Positions 8,571-18,795 are shown, numbered from the stretch's first letter. The stretch is DNA of 64,000 nucleotides from an uncultured Ignavibacteriaceae bacterium (GCA_964362905.1 CAYIHQ010000002.1:46076-110075); one strand, 5' to 3'. Notes: generated from the sequence alone by a model not told the origin. Translations and numbers: made by a program.

Positions 8571-11048
8571 ATGTCAAAAACAACAAATGTTAGATCAGGT
8601 TCTGTATATCAATCTCCTACTCAAAATGGAGATAGATCTTTTATTCCAGATGGGTCAGTATCCTCTAATAAAATACAGGACTTAGCGGTTACGAAAGCTA
8701 AGTTAGCAGATAGTGCTAATATTTTCGAAATGATTAAGAATGGTTTTCAGAATTTTGTGGATCAATCAGTATTAATGACTGCTACAACTGCTACAGGAAC
8801 TCCTGCTGCAGGAACTTTCCACAGTACTGTTGTTGGTAGAGCTTCTATATCGGATTTGAGTCAGAATTTGAAGGTTCAAATGGGTCCTGAAAGAAATGTA
8901 ATACCAAATTTATATCAGTTACAAAATGAATTCGGCCCAAATGGGGAGCCTGTATTTGGTGTAGTTAATGATACTCTAGGACAAGTACGATTTGTAGGAA
9001 ATTGGTCTATGATTTTCGGTTCCGCAGGACAATACACTTATAACGGAAATCTAAGTGGATTTTATGTAGAAATTACTTTATATGGAACTGGACTAAATCT
9101 ACTAGCAAACGCTTATGGGGTATCACAGTCCTATCTAGTATCAGTAGATGGTGGTAGTGAATCCGCATTAGTAACCCCTACTTATTCTAACATCTTAGAT
9201 AATAGGTACTATAATTCTAATCAATACTTAAACATAGTTTCAAATTTAACACTAGGCGTTCATACTGTAAGAATAAAGATAAATGCCTCTTTCACTCTTG
9301 CTATGACAGGCTTCGAAATCCTTAACGAATCCTCAAGTTTAAAAATTAATCCAGGAACTAGTTATATTGATGGTCAAAAGATTACAAGTACTTCTCAATC
9401 CTCTATTGCTTACAATTCTGCTTTTGAATCAGGAACATTAGGGACAAAAGGTGGAAGAGTATTAGTATATCAAAAATTAGATAAAACCATTGCTAAAGCC
9501 TTAGCTCCAACCAACACTTCACAATTGACACTCACTTCAACAAATCATACTAATGAAGAAGTAGCTAGAATTTATCATTATAGAGAATTCGCAGCTGGAA
9601 GAAGTGATGATTTTGGCACAAATGGTGCTGTAGTAGATAGAGCTTTCACTCTAGATGATGGTACTACTACCTTAACTGGAAGTGGGATAAATTTTGAATC
9701 AGCAGTTGATGCGATAGGACCAGGTGGTACAAATTCCTTTATTACTTTTTCTTTTGTAGGTACAGGATTGGATTTTATCAGATTAGATTCAGCAAATGGT
9801 GCTTCTGCTGATACTTTTAGATATTTCATTGACGGAACACAAGTAGGATCTGATATTACTGGCACAGGATCTACAGCTTCTAGAATTATAAAAATAGTTT
9901 CAGGATTACCTTATGGTACTCACACCTTCATATTATCTAGGGTTGGTGCTGGTATTACTTATGATATAGGTATTAAACAATTCATAGTCTATCAACCTAA
10001 AAAACCAACCCTCCCTGTTGGAGCTATCGAATTAGCTGATTATAATATAATGGCTGACTTTGTAGCAAACACTACTGCAGGAGTGGGAACTATTGCCACA
10101 GGGATCCTGAGAAAATATTCCACTAGAGAAATGGTTTATGTGAACGGAACGGGTGGAACAAATGATTGGGCCTTTTCAGTTATGGACCCCGCCGCTAGAA
10201 TTGGTGCTTGGGAAGCAGCTTCAAATAGGGCGAATGCATATATTGAATACACCTTCATTGGAACAGGTTTTGAGTTTCGGTGTGCAACACAGAATAATAG
10301 ATCGGCTAATATTTCTGTGACCCTAAATAGTCTTGCTGCTACAACTGCAAATTTTGGATCTCTCGTGTCAAGCACTTATGGTGTTGGGGTAACTTTTGCG
10401 GCTGGGGTAATGGATCTATATGATGTTACTAATACCCCTGGCGTTGGGGTTAGAGTAAGTGGACTGCCTTTAGCTAAATACACTGTGCGCTTTAATAACA
10501 ATACTGCCGGTTCTTACATCGTATTGGATTGTCTAGACATTATCACCCCAATCTACTCAGCCAAATCAAACGTCTATGCAGACTACCAGAATACATTAAC
10601 AGTTGGGTCTAATGCAATTTGTGATAGTAGACAAGTATCTCCCCTTAAAAATGGAGTTTCTGTTAAAAAGAATTTGGCTCAAGCAAAGGGCATAGCTTTA
10701 AGTCCCACAACAACATCCACAACACCAGTTCCTATGCCAGACATGAGTTGTACTATAAAAACAGCAGAAGGTAAGATTAAAATAAGTGTATTTGCTACTG
10801 TTTGGCCAACTTTAGGACCTATAAATCTCACGTTGAAAGCCTTCGTTGATGGTGTTGGTATTAACCCACCTGTATTCACAAGTCTTAATACTACAGGTAT
10901 TCATTTTGAGACTTCTGGCGTTTGGATAGTTCCTGTTTCACCTGGAACACATAAAATTGATATATATTGGAGTACAAATAGCTCACAAATAAATGGGTCT
11001 GATGCAGGCGGTATCCCAATAAGATTACTTTTAGTAGAAGAGGTTTAA
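8571..11048 (+). CDS. tail fibre / receptor-binding protein (825 aa)
   Basis: RBS AAGGA. Thr/Ser/Gly/Asn-rich beta composition, size and context. Confidence 0.55.
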   Translation: MSKTTNVRSGSVYQSPTQNGDRSFIPDGSVSSNKIQDLAVTKAKLADSANIFEMIKNGFQNFVDQSVLMTATTATGTPAAGTFHSTVVGRASISDLSQNLKVQMGPERNVIPNLYQLQNEFGPNGEPVFGVVNDTLGQVRFVGNWSMIFGSAGQYTYNGNLSGFYVEITLYGTGLNLLANAYGVSQSYLVSVDGGSESALVTPTYSNILDNRYYNSNQYLNIVSNLTLGVHTVRIKINASFTLAMTGFEILNESSSLKINPGTSYIDGQKITSTSQSSIAYNSAFESGTLGTKGGRVLVYQKLDKTIAKALAPTNTSQLTLTSTNHTNEEVARIYHYREFAAGRSDDFGTNGAVVDRAFTLDDGTTTLTGSGINFESAVDAIGPGGTNSFITFSFVGTGLDFIRLDSANGASADTFRYFIDGTQVGSDITGTGSTASRIIKIVSGLPYGTHTFILSRVGAGITYDIGIKQFIVYQPKKPTLPVGAIELADYNIMADFVANTTAGVGTIATGILRKYSTREMVYVNGTGGTNDWAFSVMDPAARIGAWEAASNRANAYIEYTFIGTGFEFRCATQNNRSANISVTLNSLAATTANFGSLVSSTYGVGVTFAAGVMDLYDVTNTPGVGVRVSGLPLAKYTVRFNNNTAGSYIVLDCLDIITPIYSAKSNVYADYQNTLTVGSNAICDSRQVSPLKNGVSVKKNLAQAKGIALSPTTTSTTPVPMPDMSCTIKTAEGKIKISVFATVWPTLGPINLTLKAFVDGVGINPPVFTSLNTTGIHFETSGVWIVPVSPGTHKIDIYWSTNSSQINGSDAGGIPIRLLLVEEV

Positions 11049-11049
11049 A

Positions 11050-11394
11050 ATGTACGATATTAATTTGCAATGGCGATCATTCAATGTTTGTGTCCCCGAA
11101 ATTAAATCTGCAATTGCTGCTTTAATTACTTCAACTTCTATTATAGGAACATCCTGTAATTCAAGTTTACAGGTTCACTGTGAGGTCAAACCAACTGAGG
11201 CAGAATTAACCGCAGTTCAATCTTATTGGGATGGTTTAACAGAAATTTCAACAGAGTGTGTAAACTATAAGTCAGCTGCTCAGTTACAAACAGAAGCAGA
11301 AGCCTCTAAGTTAAGTTTATTAAATTCTGCTAGAGCTAAATTAATCGCCTTAGGGCTATCTGATGTTGAAGTTAAAGCATTAATAGGAGAATAA
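11050..11394 (+). CDS. hypothetical protein (114 aa), possibly a fibre assembly factor
   Basis: Start overlaps the stop of the fibre gene. Position only. Confidence 0.35.
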   Translation: MYDINLQWRSFNVCVPEIKSAIAALITSTSIIGTSCNSSLQVHCEVKPTEAELTAVQSYWDGLTEISTECVNYKSAAQLQTEAEASKLSLLNSARAKLIALGLSDVEVKALIGE

Positions 11395-11395
11395 C

Positions 11396-11647
11396 ATGTC
11401 TAAAATAGATGGAATTCATGTAGTAAATACTGATGCTACTAAAGCAGCTGCTAAAGTAGCGAGTCAATGGGAACAATTACGACAACAACGTAATGCTAAA
11501 TTATTAGAATGCGATTATACTCAAATACCTGATGCTCCATTAACTCAACTTCAAAAAGATGCTTATGCAACCTATAGAACTACATTAAGAAATCTTCCAG
11601 CTAATACTATTGATCCTATGAATCCTGTATGGCCTAATAAACCTTAA
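11396..11647 (+). CDS. hypothetical protein (83 aa)
   Basis: Tightly coupled ORF in the fibre operon. Confidence 0.35.
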   Translation: MSKIDGIHVVNTDATKAAAKVASQWEQLRQQRNAKLLECDYTQIPDAPLTQLQKDAYATYRTTLRNLPANTIDPMNPVWPNKP

Positions 11648-11659
11648 TAAGGAGTTACT

Positions 11660-12295
11660 ATGTTATTTGATTCATTTGGCCTTCCTAAAGATGTTGGAGC
11701 TACTGATAAAATGGATTCTTGTAGATTAGCTGGTTTAATGGCTATTATTAATCATTTACAAGCCCCTAATCTATCTAAATATATTATATATAATAATTTA
11801 GGAGTTAGGCATCCTTATGAATATCCCTCTAATAATCCCAATAACTTTACAAGAGACCAGTTATTGTGTTTAGTAGCAGGGTTATATAAACAAGGTAATA
11901 TAAACCTTTGTAAAAAGTTGTGTGCTGCAGCTAAATCTAGAGGTTGGAAGGCTCAGAATACTGAATATGATGTCCAAGGTTCAATTAAAGAATTTCCAAA
12001 TGGGCCCGATTGGTTATCTCCAAGTCATAGAATGATATTGAATATATGTGCTGGAAATAAAGGTAACTTATTGGGTTATATTTGGTTATTTATGGATATC
12101 ATATTTAATGCTGTATTCACTCCTATGAGAGAATCTAATCAATTACTAGCCGTACTATCTGTAGTTTCACCAAAATGGTTAAAATTTTACAAATTTGTAA
12201 CGCCAAAATGGAAACTCTCAATAAGGGATTATTGGGGCGGCTGGCGAAAAGAACCAGAATTAGCAGAACTTATGATAAATCATTTTGGGGATTAA
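11660..12295 (+). CDS. hypothetical protein (211 aa)
   Basis: RBS AAGGAG. No recognisable motif. Confidence 0.4.
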   Translation: MLFDSFGLPKDVGATDKMDSCRLAGLMAIINHLQAPNLSKYIIYNNLGVRHPYEYPSNNPNNFTRDQLLCLVAGLYKQGNINLCKKLCAAAKSRGWKAQNTEYDVQGSIKEFPNGPDWLSPSHRMILNICAGNKGNLLGYIWLFMDIIFNAVFTPMRESNQLLAVLSVVSPKWLKFYKFVTPKWKLSIRDYWGGWRKEPELAELMINHFGD

Positions 12296-12297
12296 TA

Positions 12298-12453
12298 TGA
12301 AAAAGGCTAGTAAAATAGCAATGTCTAAAAAAGTTTTAATTAAAGAACATAAAAATTTAATTAAAGTACTAAAATCTCCTGAGCACAAAGATGATTTAGA
12401 AGAAGCTAAAAAACAAGAATTAGAACTGAAAGAGTATAAGAGGAGACGTTAAT
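12298..12453 (+). CDS. small basic protein (51 aa, below the ORF-track cutoff)
   Basis: ATG at 12298 overlaps the preceding stop. Translates MKKASKIAMSKKVLIKEHKNLIKVLKSPEHKDDLEEAKKQELELKEYKRRR. Confidence 0.3.
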
Positions 12454-12709
12454 GAAAAAAGAATTAGGCGAAGTTAAAGAACAGCCAGGATCTAAACAGA
12501 AATTGGCTCCTAAAGATAAGAAGATGCCTGAAGTTAAAGAACCTAAAGGTCAAGAAAAAGAGAAGGCAGAATCTAAAGAACACGAAGCAAAGGAGTCAAA
12601 GTTTGAATCGAAGCTTAAGAAAGAGAAAGAAACAGAAGGGCATGAAACTGGTTTAAATCATCCAGCAGCTCAATATGAGTCTTATAAGAGACCTAGACGA
12701 GATAGTTAA
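12452..12709 (+). CDS. Lys/Glu-rich low-complexity protein (85 aa)
   Basis: Highly charged K/E repeats, predicted disordered. Confidence 0.35.
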   Translation: MKKELGEVKEQPGSKQKLAPKDKKMPEVKEPKGQEKEKAESKEHEAKESKFESKLKKEKETEGHETGLNHPAAQYESYKRPRRDS

Positions 12710-13127
12710 TATGATTACTCTAAAAGAACTTCTAAAAGGTAAAGATTTTAATCTATTACCTAAAGAACATCAAGATAATCTATTAATACTATTAGAACGT
12801 ATTAATAAAGTTAGAATAGCTTACGGCAAGCAATTTTTAGTCACTTCTGGATATCGTTCTATGGAAGATCATCTTGGCATATATAAAAGAAAAGGTATTA
12901 CGGATATTAACAAAATACCCGTAAAATCTAAACATCTTTTTGGTCTTGCTTGTGATCTGGCAGATCCAAAAAAAGAATTACAAACTTGGTGTCGAAATAA
13001 TCAAGATATATTGAGAAATTTGGGTATTTGGATGGAGGATTTTAGATATAGTTCCACTTGGGTACATTTTCAATGTGCTCCTTACGGGTCTTATAAGGAA
13101 GGTGGAAGTCTTTGGTTTATACCTTAA
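12675..13127 (+). CDS. peptidase M15-family cell-wall hydrolase (likely endolysin, L-Ala-D-Glu peptidase type)
   Basis: Motifs SGYRS, H-x6-D (HLFGLACD) and distal WVHF are typical of M15/VanY-like zinc peptidases. Alternative start ATG at 12711. Confidence 0.65.
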   Translation: MSLIRDLDEIVNMITLKELLKGKDFNLLPKEHQDNLLILLERINKVRIAYGKQFLVTSGYRSMEDHLGIYKRKGITDINKIPVKSKHLFGLACDLADPKKELQTWCRNNQDILRNLGIWMEDFRYSSTWVHFQCAPYGSYKEGGSLWFIP

Positions 13128-13543
13128 GAATGTTCTTTTAAATAATTAATTGCTTTTTGCATAAGTTCGGGATTATCATTAAATTGACCTAACCCCTTAT
13201 TGCATTTATCGCAAAGTAATTTTCTTACTTTATTAGTTTTGTGACAATGATCTACCACTAATTTATCTTTCCAAGGCCCAAATTTGTTTATTTCTCCGCA
13301 AATATAACATTTGTTATTTTGTTTACTAGACATGTCAAGATAATCTTGCGGAGTCATATTATAAAATTTTTTTAAAGTCCGCTCACGTAAACCAAAACCA
13401 TGCCGAGAATCATATAGTTTTCTTTGTTCATTTCTGCAGGTTTTGCAAGAATGTCTTCGCCGTTCAGGATTTTTAGATGAATATGAGTAATCATATTTTT
13501 CTAAGGGTTTTAATATACCGCATTTTCTACAAATTCTCATCAA
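13124..13543 (-). CDS. endonuclease VII-like (T4 gp49 family) DNA junction endonuclease
   Basis: CxxC ... VVDHCH ... R-x-LLC-x-x-CN-x-x-G pattern matching the Endonuclease_7 fold. Confidence 0.7.
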   Translation of the reverse strand: MMRICRKCGILKPLEKYDYSYSSKNPERRRHSCKTCRNEQRKLYDSRHGFGLRERTLKKFYNMTPQDYLDMSSKQNNKCYICGEINKFGPWKDKLVVDHCHKTNKVRKLLCDKCNKGLGQFNDNPELMQKAINYLKEHS

Positions 13544-13590
13544 TATAATATAGCATTAAAATTTAATAAAGTCAACAACAAAATTTAAAT

Positions 13591-13613
13591 AAAAATGCCA
13601 AAAAGGCATTTTT
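13591..13613. promoter_or_regulatory. 9-bp-stem hairpin flanked by A- and T-runs in a divergent intergenic region
   Basis: aaaaatgcc-aaaaa-ggcattttt between the divergent starts at 13543 (-) and 13677 (+). Could be a bidirectional terminator or an operator. Confidence 0.35.
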
Positions 13614-13676
13614 AATACTATTAGCTGCTGTACCTAATAGTTTATATAATAACAGTACAGTACAAAGGAATACAAT

Positions 13677-14177
13677 ATGGGAAAAGCATTAAAATTAGTC
13701 AATAAATTAAATCGTAGAGCTAAGACAGTTAAAACTGCTGCTAATGGATTTGATCGTATTGATAAAATTAATCGTAGTGAAGAAGTAATGGCTAAAAGCC
13801 CAAAAGCTTATCAATTAGAAAGAAAGATTCAACGAAGATTGGATCGTAACTTTGGTATTGATATGCTCCGCTATGAGCCTAAGGTATCTAAACGAATGAA
13901 GGTTGCTGTTTTGGAACGATTCGATTTTGATGCTGGTCCAGGAACAGACTATGGTATGAGACTTACTATGGCGGCAGGATTTATTACTGATATTGGTTTA
14001 CGACCAAATGATATAGTAAGAATTCTTCATGGTTCTGCTAAAGGTAAATATCTTAAAGTAATATCTATTGTAGATTCTACTCATGCTAGACTAGAAGATA
14101 TTTCTTCTTTTGGAGCTTCTGAAAATAACATACATTGTCGTTTTCAGCTCTCTGATGTCAAAAGTTCTTATAAATAA
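13677..14177 (+). CDS. hypothetical protein (166 aa); lone + strand gene in the minus-strand region
   Basis: RBS AAGGAA. Followed by a terminator. Confidence 0.45.
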   Translation: MGKALKLVNKLNRRAKTVKTAANGFDRIDKINRSEEVMAKSPKAYQLERKIQRRLDRNFGIDMLRYEPKVSKRMKVAVLERFDFDAGPGTDYGMRLTMAAGFITDIGLRPNDIVRILHGSAKGKYLKVISIVDSTHARLEDISSFGASENNIHCRFQLSDVKSSYK

Positions 14178-14218
14178 ATTTTAGATTAAAAATCGCTAAG
14201 GATTTGGTGGTTTTATAT

Positions 14219-14281
14219 CCAGATTAGTTCATCAACTCTCCTCGATGGCTAGTCTGGATTTTTTTTATTTTGTAGACATTT
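14219..14281 (+). terminator. rho-independent terminator
   Basis: ccagattag ... ctagtctgg stem followed by attttttttatttt after the stop at 14177. Located between convergent genes. Confidence 0.5.
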
Positions 14282-14313
14282 TTTGTATATTTTAAAGCCT
14301 TCTGGATTCGTTT

Positions 14314-14619
14314 TTACGATTCTGGGAGGCTATTTTTTTTTGCTGTAAACAGTAATTTTTCTGCCTTTGTCTCTTGCAACATTTCTACTAGTTGCTTAAC
14401 TTTTGCCCACAACCTGGGGTCATATTCTTCCCAATGGCCTTTATATTCTAACCAACCAATATCATATATAGTTAGTTTATGAAATGTAGCAGCTTCAGTA
14501 GCAGTAATATCTTGTACTTCATATTCAATTTTGCTTAGATATGCTCCATACTGATGGTCATAAGCATATTGTATATGATAATCAAATAACTCTTTAAAAG
14601 TATTATAAGTATAAGTCAT
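14314..14619 (-). CDS. hypothetical protein (101 aa)
   Basis: ORF in the minus-strand operon, overlaps the upstream gene by 4 nt. Confidence 0.4.
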   Translation of the reverse strand: MTYTYNTFKELFDYHIQYAYDHQYGAYLSKIEYEVQDITATEAATFHKLTIYDIGWLEYKGHWEEYDPRLWAKVKQLVEMLQETKAEKLLFTAKKNSLPES

Positions 14620-14927
14620 TTGTTGAAAAGTACCTTAGCAGCATCTTTATCTAATTTAACAAGATTAACTTTATCGCCTGCATCTCTATATCTACAAAAG
14701 AGATTAAAGGCATCTATACCACTAGTAACAGTCTTTTCTCCAGTAGTTGTATTTTCAATAAGAATATTATCTGTCTGGAGAGTAATAAGATACTCTATAA
14801 TTCGGCCTATTATTGGTATTGTCATACTATCGGAAGTACCGCAAGTATTTGAGGAAATAGTCACTGTTGTTGCAGTATTGGTATAGCCAGTATAAATACC
14901 TGTATTAACAGTATAAGTATCACTCAT
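14616..14927 (-). CDS. small protein with C-terminal ...AAKVLFNK (LYG-tail family)
   Basis: C-terminal motif shared with more than 20 other ORFs in this window. Confidence 0.45.
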   Translation of the reverse strand: MSDTYTVNTGIYTGYTNTATTVTISSNTCGTSDSMTIPIIGRIIEYLITLQTDNILIENTTTGEKTVTSGIDAFNLFCRYRDAGDKVNLVKLDKDAAKVLFNK

Positions 14928-14953
14928 TCGTAACTCCTATTCAGATAATAGTA

Positions 14954-15337
14954 TTATTTCTTCACATATAGTACTTTAGCTGCTTCAGTCATGGCTACAA
15001 TTTCTCTAAAAGAGATCTTTTTAATACCATGATTACAGGTAATGATATTATATTTAATATCTTCTAAATCATCTTCAGTAGTACCAAACTCAATAGATTT
15101 AATAAGAATATTACCAAATTCTATGTGAACAGCAACATCTCCCTCTTTAAAGGGTAGATTATCCCATATACTTTTAACTTCTTCTAGTCTTTTAATACGC
15201 TCATTAAGTTTATCTCGTTTATCTACGCAGTCTTGGATGCGTTGTTCTATACCAATAGTTTTATTATAGAATATTTCATTTGCCACTTGCCGCACCACCC
15301 TTTGAACTCTATGAACCTTAACTGCCCTACTTGCCAT
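14954..15337 (-). CDS. small protein with C-terminal ...AAKVLYVKK (LYG-tail family)
   Basis: C-terminal motif. Coiled-coil-like N-terminal half. Confidence 0.45.
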   Translation of the reverse strand: MASRAVKVHRVQRVVRQVANEIFYNKTIGIEQRIQDCVDKRDKLNERIKRLEEVKSIWDNLPFKEGDVAVHIEFGNILIKSIEFGTTEDDLEDIKYNIITCNHGIKKISFREIVAMTEAAKVLYVKK

Positions 15338-15569
15338 GTAGCATTACCATTGCTTTATTCCAACCGTAGAACTCAAATTCCTCATCTAACTGCTCTGTAG
15401 TATAATCTGAAGTTAAACCATTATCGTGACTTCTACATTGCAAATAACCAGTCCAAGGCATCTTGTGGCCCAACACAGTAATAAGGCCACCATGAATCCT
15501 AGAACGCAGTACAACTCCAATAGGATAGACTACATAAGTCTTACTCCTTTCCATATAATAGTGTTCCAT
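15327..15569 (-). CDS. small hypothetical protein (ends ...AMVMLHGK)
   Basis: Operon ORF with a weak version of the tail motif. Confidence 0.35.
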   Translation of the reverse strand: MEHYYMERSKTYVVYPIGVVLRSRIHGGLITVLGHKMPWTGYLQCRSHDNGLTSDYTTEQLDEEFEFYGWNKAMVMLHGK

Positions 15570-15861
15570 GAGGTAAGTAGTAAGTTAACTCGCTACTTCT
15601 ATGTTGATTGCAATGAGCACCCTTATCCCAATAATAGGAATTACCTTTAGTGTAATAACCACTACTAGCTAATACTGTGCTATAGTAACCTACATCTATA
15701 TCAGTATTAGTATTACTGTCATAGTTAACCATTATCTCAGTTATTTGTAATATTGCATATTTGTCTTTATTAAACCTATTTCTAAATAGAAGTACATCTC
15801 CAATTTTCAGAACCGTATCTTCTTTAAGGAGTCTTTTTTTCATCCAGTTCCTCCAATTCAT
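15541..15861 (-). CDS. small protein ending ...GTLLYGKE (LYG-tail family)
   Basis: C-terminal motif. Confidence 0.4.
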   Translation of the reverse strand: MNWRNWMKKRLLKEDTVLKIGDVLLFRNRFNKDKYAILQITEIMVNYDSNTNTDIDVGYYSTVLASSGYYTKGNSYYWDKGAHCNQHRSSELTYYLPHGTLLYGKE

Positions 15862-16123
15862 AGATAGAGTTTTCAGTCTTTAGGATAAGCTTTCGTGGAT
15901 TTACTTTATCTATTTTGATATTTTTAACCCAAGAAGTAGAAATAAGATCACTTAAACTATCTGTTACAATACAGCGTTGACCTAACTTAACAGGATTACT
16001 TATTAATGTGCCGATAACTTTCTGTCCTTCTACAACAAAGACAGAATATTCAATAGCTTTAACTTTAGTTAGTTTGTAAATACTATCTTCAGGTAGTTCA
16101 AAACTAATAATTTTTTGTCTCAT
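15824..16123 (-). CDS. hypothetical protein (99 aa)
   Basis: Operon ORF. Confidence 0.4.
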   Translation of the reverse strand: MRQKIISFELPEDSIYKLTKVKAIEYSVFVVEGQKVIGTLISNPVKLGQRCIVTDSLSDLISTSWVKNIKIDKVNPRKLILKTENSIYELEELDEKKTP

Positions 16124-16231
16124 AGTATTTCTTTCATTAATTTATTTGGGGTCTATAAATGCTAATAACAATATTAACATGACCAACAATACGCCAAATC
16201 CTTGTACAATTGTAATAAGAAAATCTTCCAT

Positions 16232-16882
16232 TCAAGTCCACCATTTTCTAGAATATTTCGCAATATACTTACCTAAGAGGTCTAGGTCCTGTTTTTTTTG
16301 ATAGTCTTCATGTTTCCACATTCTTTTGCGATCTTTAATATAATCTTTTCTTTGCTCCTTATTCATAGCTTCTTCTCTAGTACAAATCATAGTGCTATGT
16401 GGGCCACCAGGTTTATCTTCAGTATTTGGAATTTTGACAAATTTAATTTCAGATTTTCCATATTTCCTATCCATATAGGAGTGTTGCCAAGCATCATACT
16501 CTTCTTTTTGAATACGGTCAAATAAAGAAATTACTGCTTTAAGTTTTCTAGCTTCTTTGCGAGTGAAGATATGATTGCCTTTTACGTAACAACCCTTATA
16601 CAAATCCTCATATAACTTTTTATTAAATAGTAAAACAAATCCATGGTCCCAATTACGATGTTGCCATACTAAGGGGGCATATTCAATAAGTCTAGCGCAG
16701 TTATTAAAGAAAGTACAGATAGCATAGTAGCTATTAAAGGCCCAATCAAACATATCACAAGTATACAGAGTCATATAAATTCTATCGACAAGCGACTTAT
16801 CTTTATATAAATCCCAAGTGCCTATACTTTCATATATACTATTTTTTAAACCTTTAATTAAACTTCTACCACACTTACTCAT
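16232..16882 (-). CDS. hypothetical protein (~216 aa; start moved to the ATG with a GAGGA RBS)
   Basis: Track start at 16930 overlaps the upstream ORF. The internal ATG at 16882 is preceded by GAGGAATAAT and directly follows the stop of 16884..17093. Confidence 0.45.
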   Translation of the reverse strand: MSKCGRSLIKGLKNSIYESIGTWDLYKDKSLVDRIYMTLYTCDMFDWAFNSYYAICTFFNNCARLIEYAPLVWQHRNWDHGFVLLFNKKLYEDLYKGCYVKGNHIFTRKEARKLKAVISLFDRIQKEEYDAWQHSYMDRKYGKSEIKFVKIPNTEDKPGGPHSTMICTREEAMNKEQRKDYIKDRKRMWKHEDYQKKQDLDLLGKYIAKYSRKWWT

Positions 16883-16883
16883 A

Positions 16884-17093
16884 TTATTCCTCGGTCTCAA
16901 TAGGTACTTTATGTGGAGTAGTTGGATCAAGATAGATTATATCTCCATCAAATATCATTTCAATCCAATTATCGTCTATGTTATTAAATTGATGTTTAAG
17001 CATAAAATTAGCAGTAAACTTCATAGCCTCAAATTTAGAATAGAAAGAGCGTAACTTTGAATTACAACTTTCTACATATCTTACATAATACAT
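16884..17093 (-). CDS. hypothetical protein (69 aa)
   Basis: Operon ORF, translationally coupled to the downstream gene. Confidence 0.35.
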   Translation of the reverse strand: MYYVRYVESCNSKLRSFYSKFEAMKFTANFMLKHQFNNIDDNWIEMIFDGDIIYLDPTTPHKVPIETEE

Positions 17094-17107
17094 ATCTAAC
17101 TCCTTAT

Positions 17108-18157
17108 TTATTTTTCGTTTGTATAAGTCCCGTTCTCTTTAGTAGTATTGTTGCTAATTTTTATAAAAGTTGCTTTCTCTTGGAATTCTTTTAAATTAGA
17201 AGCTCCTACATAAGTGAAAGCTGACCTCAAACCACCTTCAATATCGCTAAGAACTTCTTTAGCCGAACCTTTTAGGGGTACTGTAGTACTGATACCTTCA
17301 GCAGTTCGCCATTCTGCTACCTTACCCTGCTCCCCATAAGAAACTAAGCTTGCAGAGCCCTTGTAGAGCTTTACAGGGCATACTTTTTCGCCCTCTGGAT
17401 AAATAATTTCTCCAGGAGTTTCAGTAGTACCAGCTAACATTCCCCCAATCATTACAGCACTTGCTCCAGCGGCTAAAGCCTTAGCAATATCCCCAGCATG
17501 TCTTATTCCCCCATCAGCCACTATAGGAAATCCTGCAGAAGCGCAGTCAATAATAGCATATAATTGAGGCACTCCTACTCCAGTTTTTAGACGAGTAGTA
17601 CATACTCCTGAAGGACCTAGCCCAACCTTAAAAGCATCAGGAAATAACTTAGTATCATTTAGTTCTAAGCAAAAATGTTTAATTGATTCTCCAGTAGCAA
17701 AATTACCTGCTATAATCTCAATATTATTTTTATACTTTTCTCGTAAAAATCTAACTTGCTCTACTACGGCTAATTGTGCCCCATGAGCAACATCAATAAA
17801 TACAATCTCAGCTCCACTATCAATAAGAGCTATTGCTCTTTCTTTTTCTCCATTAGTAATACCTACAGAAACTGCAACATTAGGAGTATGTTTGAGTACT
17901 TCTTTTAGGGCCTTAACATTTTCTTCTATAGAGCAGAATCTATGAAGAACTCCCATTCCTCCAGATTTAGCCATAGTAATAGCCATATCAACTCCAGTAA
18001 TAGTATCCATATTTGAACTAATTACTGGAAGATTCAAGTCCATACCTGATATATATACATCTTTACGACTTCTGATATTTGTATAGTTAGGAAGCAATAA
18101 CACATCGTCAAAAGTTAAATATTCGCTAGTTTTTATTCTCATTTTGCTATTCCTCAT
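17108..18157 (-). CDS. guaC: GMP reductase (IMPDH/GMPR family, no CBS insert)
   Basis: About 349 aa. Motifs [19 protein letters not shown], [17 protein letters not shown] and TFIKI align closely to GuaC. Confidence 0.85.
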   Translation of the reverse strand: MRNSKMRIKTSEYLTFDDVLLLPNYTNIRSRKDVYISGMDLNLPVISSNMDTITGVDMAITMAKSGGMGVLHRFCSIEENVKALKEVLKHTPNVAVSVGITNGEKERAIALIDSGAEIVFIDVAHGAQLAVVEQVRFLREKYKNNIEIIAGNFATGESIKHFCLELNDTKLFPDAFKVGLGPSGVCTTRLKTGVGVPQLYAIIDCASAGFPIVADGGIRHAGDIAKALAAGASAVMIGGMLAGTTETPGEIIYPEGEKVCPVKLYKGSASLVSYGEQGKVAEWRTAEGISTTVPLKGSAKEVLSDIEGGLRSAFTYVGASNLKEFQEKATFIKISNNTTKENGTYTNEK

Positions 18158-18596
18158 AATCTGATAGAATTATTCCATGTAAATGATCTATTTCATGTTG
18201 TACTACAACTGCAGATAGGCCATTTAATTCTCGTATGACAATTTCATTATAAATATTCAAATACTTTACCTTGATTTTTTTAAATCGCTCTACTTTAATC
18301 TCTTTGCCTGGCAGACTTAAGCAACCTTCAATAGAATCACACGCATTTTCTCCATGTAGGATCTCTGGATTAAACATAATAGCAGTACTACCATTCTTTT
18401 CAACTAAAGAAGTATCATAAACTAATAATTGAACTTTTCTACCTACTTGAGGTGCTGATAAGCCAATACCATTAGCCAATATCATAGTTTGGCACATATC
18501 TGATGCTAATTTAACTAGTTCTGGAGTTACCTTCTTTACGGCCTCGCAAGGCTCACGCAAAATAGGGTTTCCCTCAAGGACTATTTTTAATTGCAT
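18147..18596 (-). CDS. def: peptide deformylase
   Basis: Three PDF motifs: GIGLSAPQVG, EGCLSLPG, HEIDHLHG. Confidence 0.85.
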   Translation of the reverse strand: MQLKIVLEGNPILREPCEAVKKVTPELVKLASDMCQTMILANGIGLSAPQVGRKVQLLVYDTSLVEKNGSTAIMFNPEILHGENACDSIEGCLSLPGKEIKVERFKKIKVKYLNIYNEIVIRELNGLSAVVVQHEIDHLHGIILSDYEE

Positions 18597-18795
18597 TTTT
18601 ACTGACCTTTGTAGTTTTAATATATTCCAATAAAGTACTTAGCTCATTTATTCTAGCTTCATTCTCAAAATAAACATGCATAATATCTACATCATCACTT
18701 TTAGTATTTTGTATTTCAACTAGTTGTTCATTTAGAGTTAATAGTTGATTTAATCGATATTCTATTGCTCTTATTGCTGCTTCAATTGTTTTCAT
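18574..18795 (-). CDS. hypothetical coiled-coil protein (73 aa)
   Basis: Operon ORF. Confidence 0.35.
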   Translation of the reverse strand: MKTIEAAIRAIEYRLNQLLTLNEQLVEIQNTKSDDVDIMHVYFENEARINELSTLLEYIKTTKVSKNAIKNSP

